A stretch of 64,000 nucleotides of DNA. It comes from Trichinella spiralis (Eukaryota). The position numbers and the translations under genes are program-made. Below, in pieces: positions 62,701-64,000 of the stretch. A model generated the notes under the pieces. It saw only the letters and a list, made by a program, of their open reading frames with translations, had not been told where the DNA came from and did not search any database. Within the stretch, counting starts at the first letter, position 1; the number at the start of each line of letters is the position of its first letter. Location: the NCBI RefSeq assembly GCF_000181795.1, contig NW_003526940.1:2531502-2595501 (forward strand), in the 5' to 3' direction.

Positions 62701-63424
62701 TAAATTACTTTCTCATTGTATTTTTTTATAAGCATTCAAATATTCATTATTTAACTTAATAATATTTTGGCTAATTTAATTTAGATTTTTTGAATTCAAA
62801 TAAAAATGTAATATTGAAACAACTTACTTCTTCAGAAAGCATCGTTCACAGCAACTAATTCAAGCATAAATACGCTATTTGATTAAAAAATTAAAATATA
62901 ATGGAATATTTATATTTCTGTTCTCATTATATAAACTGGTTACAAAAAATAACACAATTGTTTAATTAAAACAATCGATAGATCATATCTGATAATCAAC
63001 AAAAAAATTATAGTTGACAATAGACAAAATATTTATCATTGCTCATTGTTAAAAATCAACCAGTGATTTAAATTGATTTAAATTAAAAAGATAATCTGAT
63101 AAAAAATATTTCCTTTTTACATTTATTGTATTATACAGAAAGTCTGTGATGATGGCAATAAATTGAGTTTTCAAAAATAATATATGATGCGCACGATCTT
63201 GTTTGATATGCAAAATAAATTATTTATAACATTTGTAAGTGCAATGTGAAAATATTTTATTTAAAGACTCTATTTTCCATACAATTATAAAATGGAAAGC
63301 AAAAAAAAACAATTATAGAAAATTGGCTGAAAATATGAATTATATTTACCTGCACAGCGTTCGCTGCGGTTGTCGGCTGTTGGTGATTTTCACCATTCAT
63401 TTTCAAATTATCCGGATTGTCCAT
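59765..63424 (-). CDS. Concentrative nucleoside transporter (SLC28/CNT family); two candidate first coding exons (63424-63350 and 62842-62828)
   Basis: INWRPVIWG, YGAAFTYG, FAFSVLQAILYFGAFVALLY, TTATESLNAVASIFLGLSEAPL, GFASVAGS, SVMSAPASL, NEFIAY, YALCSFANIGSIG motifs. Stop at 59765-59767. Confidence 0.92.
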
Positions 63425-63782
63425 TTTTAAATCATGTAAAAAATATGCATAAATTTTTTTAAACTTTGTGAACACTTTAAACATCATTTGCATCGAAAGA
63501 TTGGTCGTCAACGGACTATAGTACCGTGTAACACCTTTTATTGACGCAAGGCCAAAATGAAACATCAACGACTGGTNNNNNNNNNNGATTTTCACCCATT
63601 CATTTTTCAAATATCCAGGATGTTCCATTTTTAAATTCATGTAAAAAATATGCATAAATTTTTTTAACTTTGTGAACACTTAAACATCAATTGCATCGAA
63701 AGATTGGTCGTCCAACGGAGCTATAGTAGCGTGTAGCACCTTTTATTGACAGCAAGGCAGAAATGAAACAGCAACGACTGGT
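63385..63782. repeat. ~190-bp overlap duplicated across the gap at 63577-63586 (assembly artefact)
   Basis: 63385-63576 is repeated with many small errors at 63587-63782. Confidence 0.85.
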
Positions 63783-64000
63783 TATACCAGCGCGTGCCGA
63801 AACACAACAGGATGCTATCAAAAGTGTCCTATTGCAAATTTGGAAAATTCAAATTTCATTTAATCCACCAGTCGATCAATCATAATTTCATTTTCAATTA
63901 AATCATAAACAATCAACAAACTATCAAAGATTTATTTATTTATTTATTCGTTGTAAAAAAGAACAATATGCATATTATCCGAAGGTTTGTTTACAACTTT

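Noticed and set aside
63257..63679. 140-aa ORF with an internal repeat
   Set aside because: Spans an N gap and a duplicated read overlap; only the MDNPDN...VQ exon part is credible.

Overview
AT-rich eukaryotic genomic DNA with many short spliceosomal introns and five 10-N assembly gaps. It is probably from a clade I parasitic nematode such as Trichinella (inferred from composition, intron style and repeat content; not proven). Host genes: the RQC E3 ligase listerin/LTN1 (+, 11430-19232), a smoothelin-like CH-domain gene (+, to 36462), two tandem SLC2/GLUT sugar transporters (-) and an SLC28/CNT nucleoside transporter (-). Mobile DNA: a ~700-bp Gypsy-derived mini-element with a tRNA-Pro primer-binding site (PBS) and gag only; a nest made of an old hAT relic, a Buster/Charlie hAT with TIRs and an 8-bp target-site duplication (TSD), and two oppositely oriented solo LTRs each with its own 5-bp TSD; and a young Copia element. 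The most unusual part is 1-6850, a ~6.9-kb palindrome. Each arm carries an outward-facing two-gene cassette: a protamine/SNBP-like Arg-Ser-Lys protein gene (intact on the left, pseudogene on the right) and a TATA/Inr-driven decayed ORF built of 240-bp (80-codon) repeats. A ~1.25-kb block is almost identical between otherwise diverged arms. Three gap-flanking direct duplications are probably assembly or haplotype artefacts.
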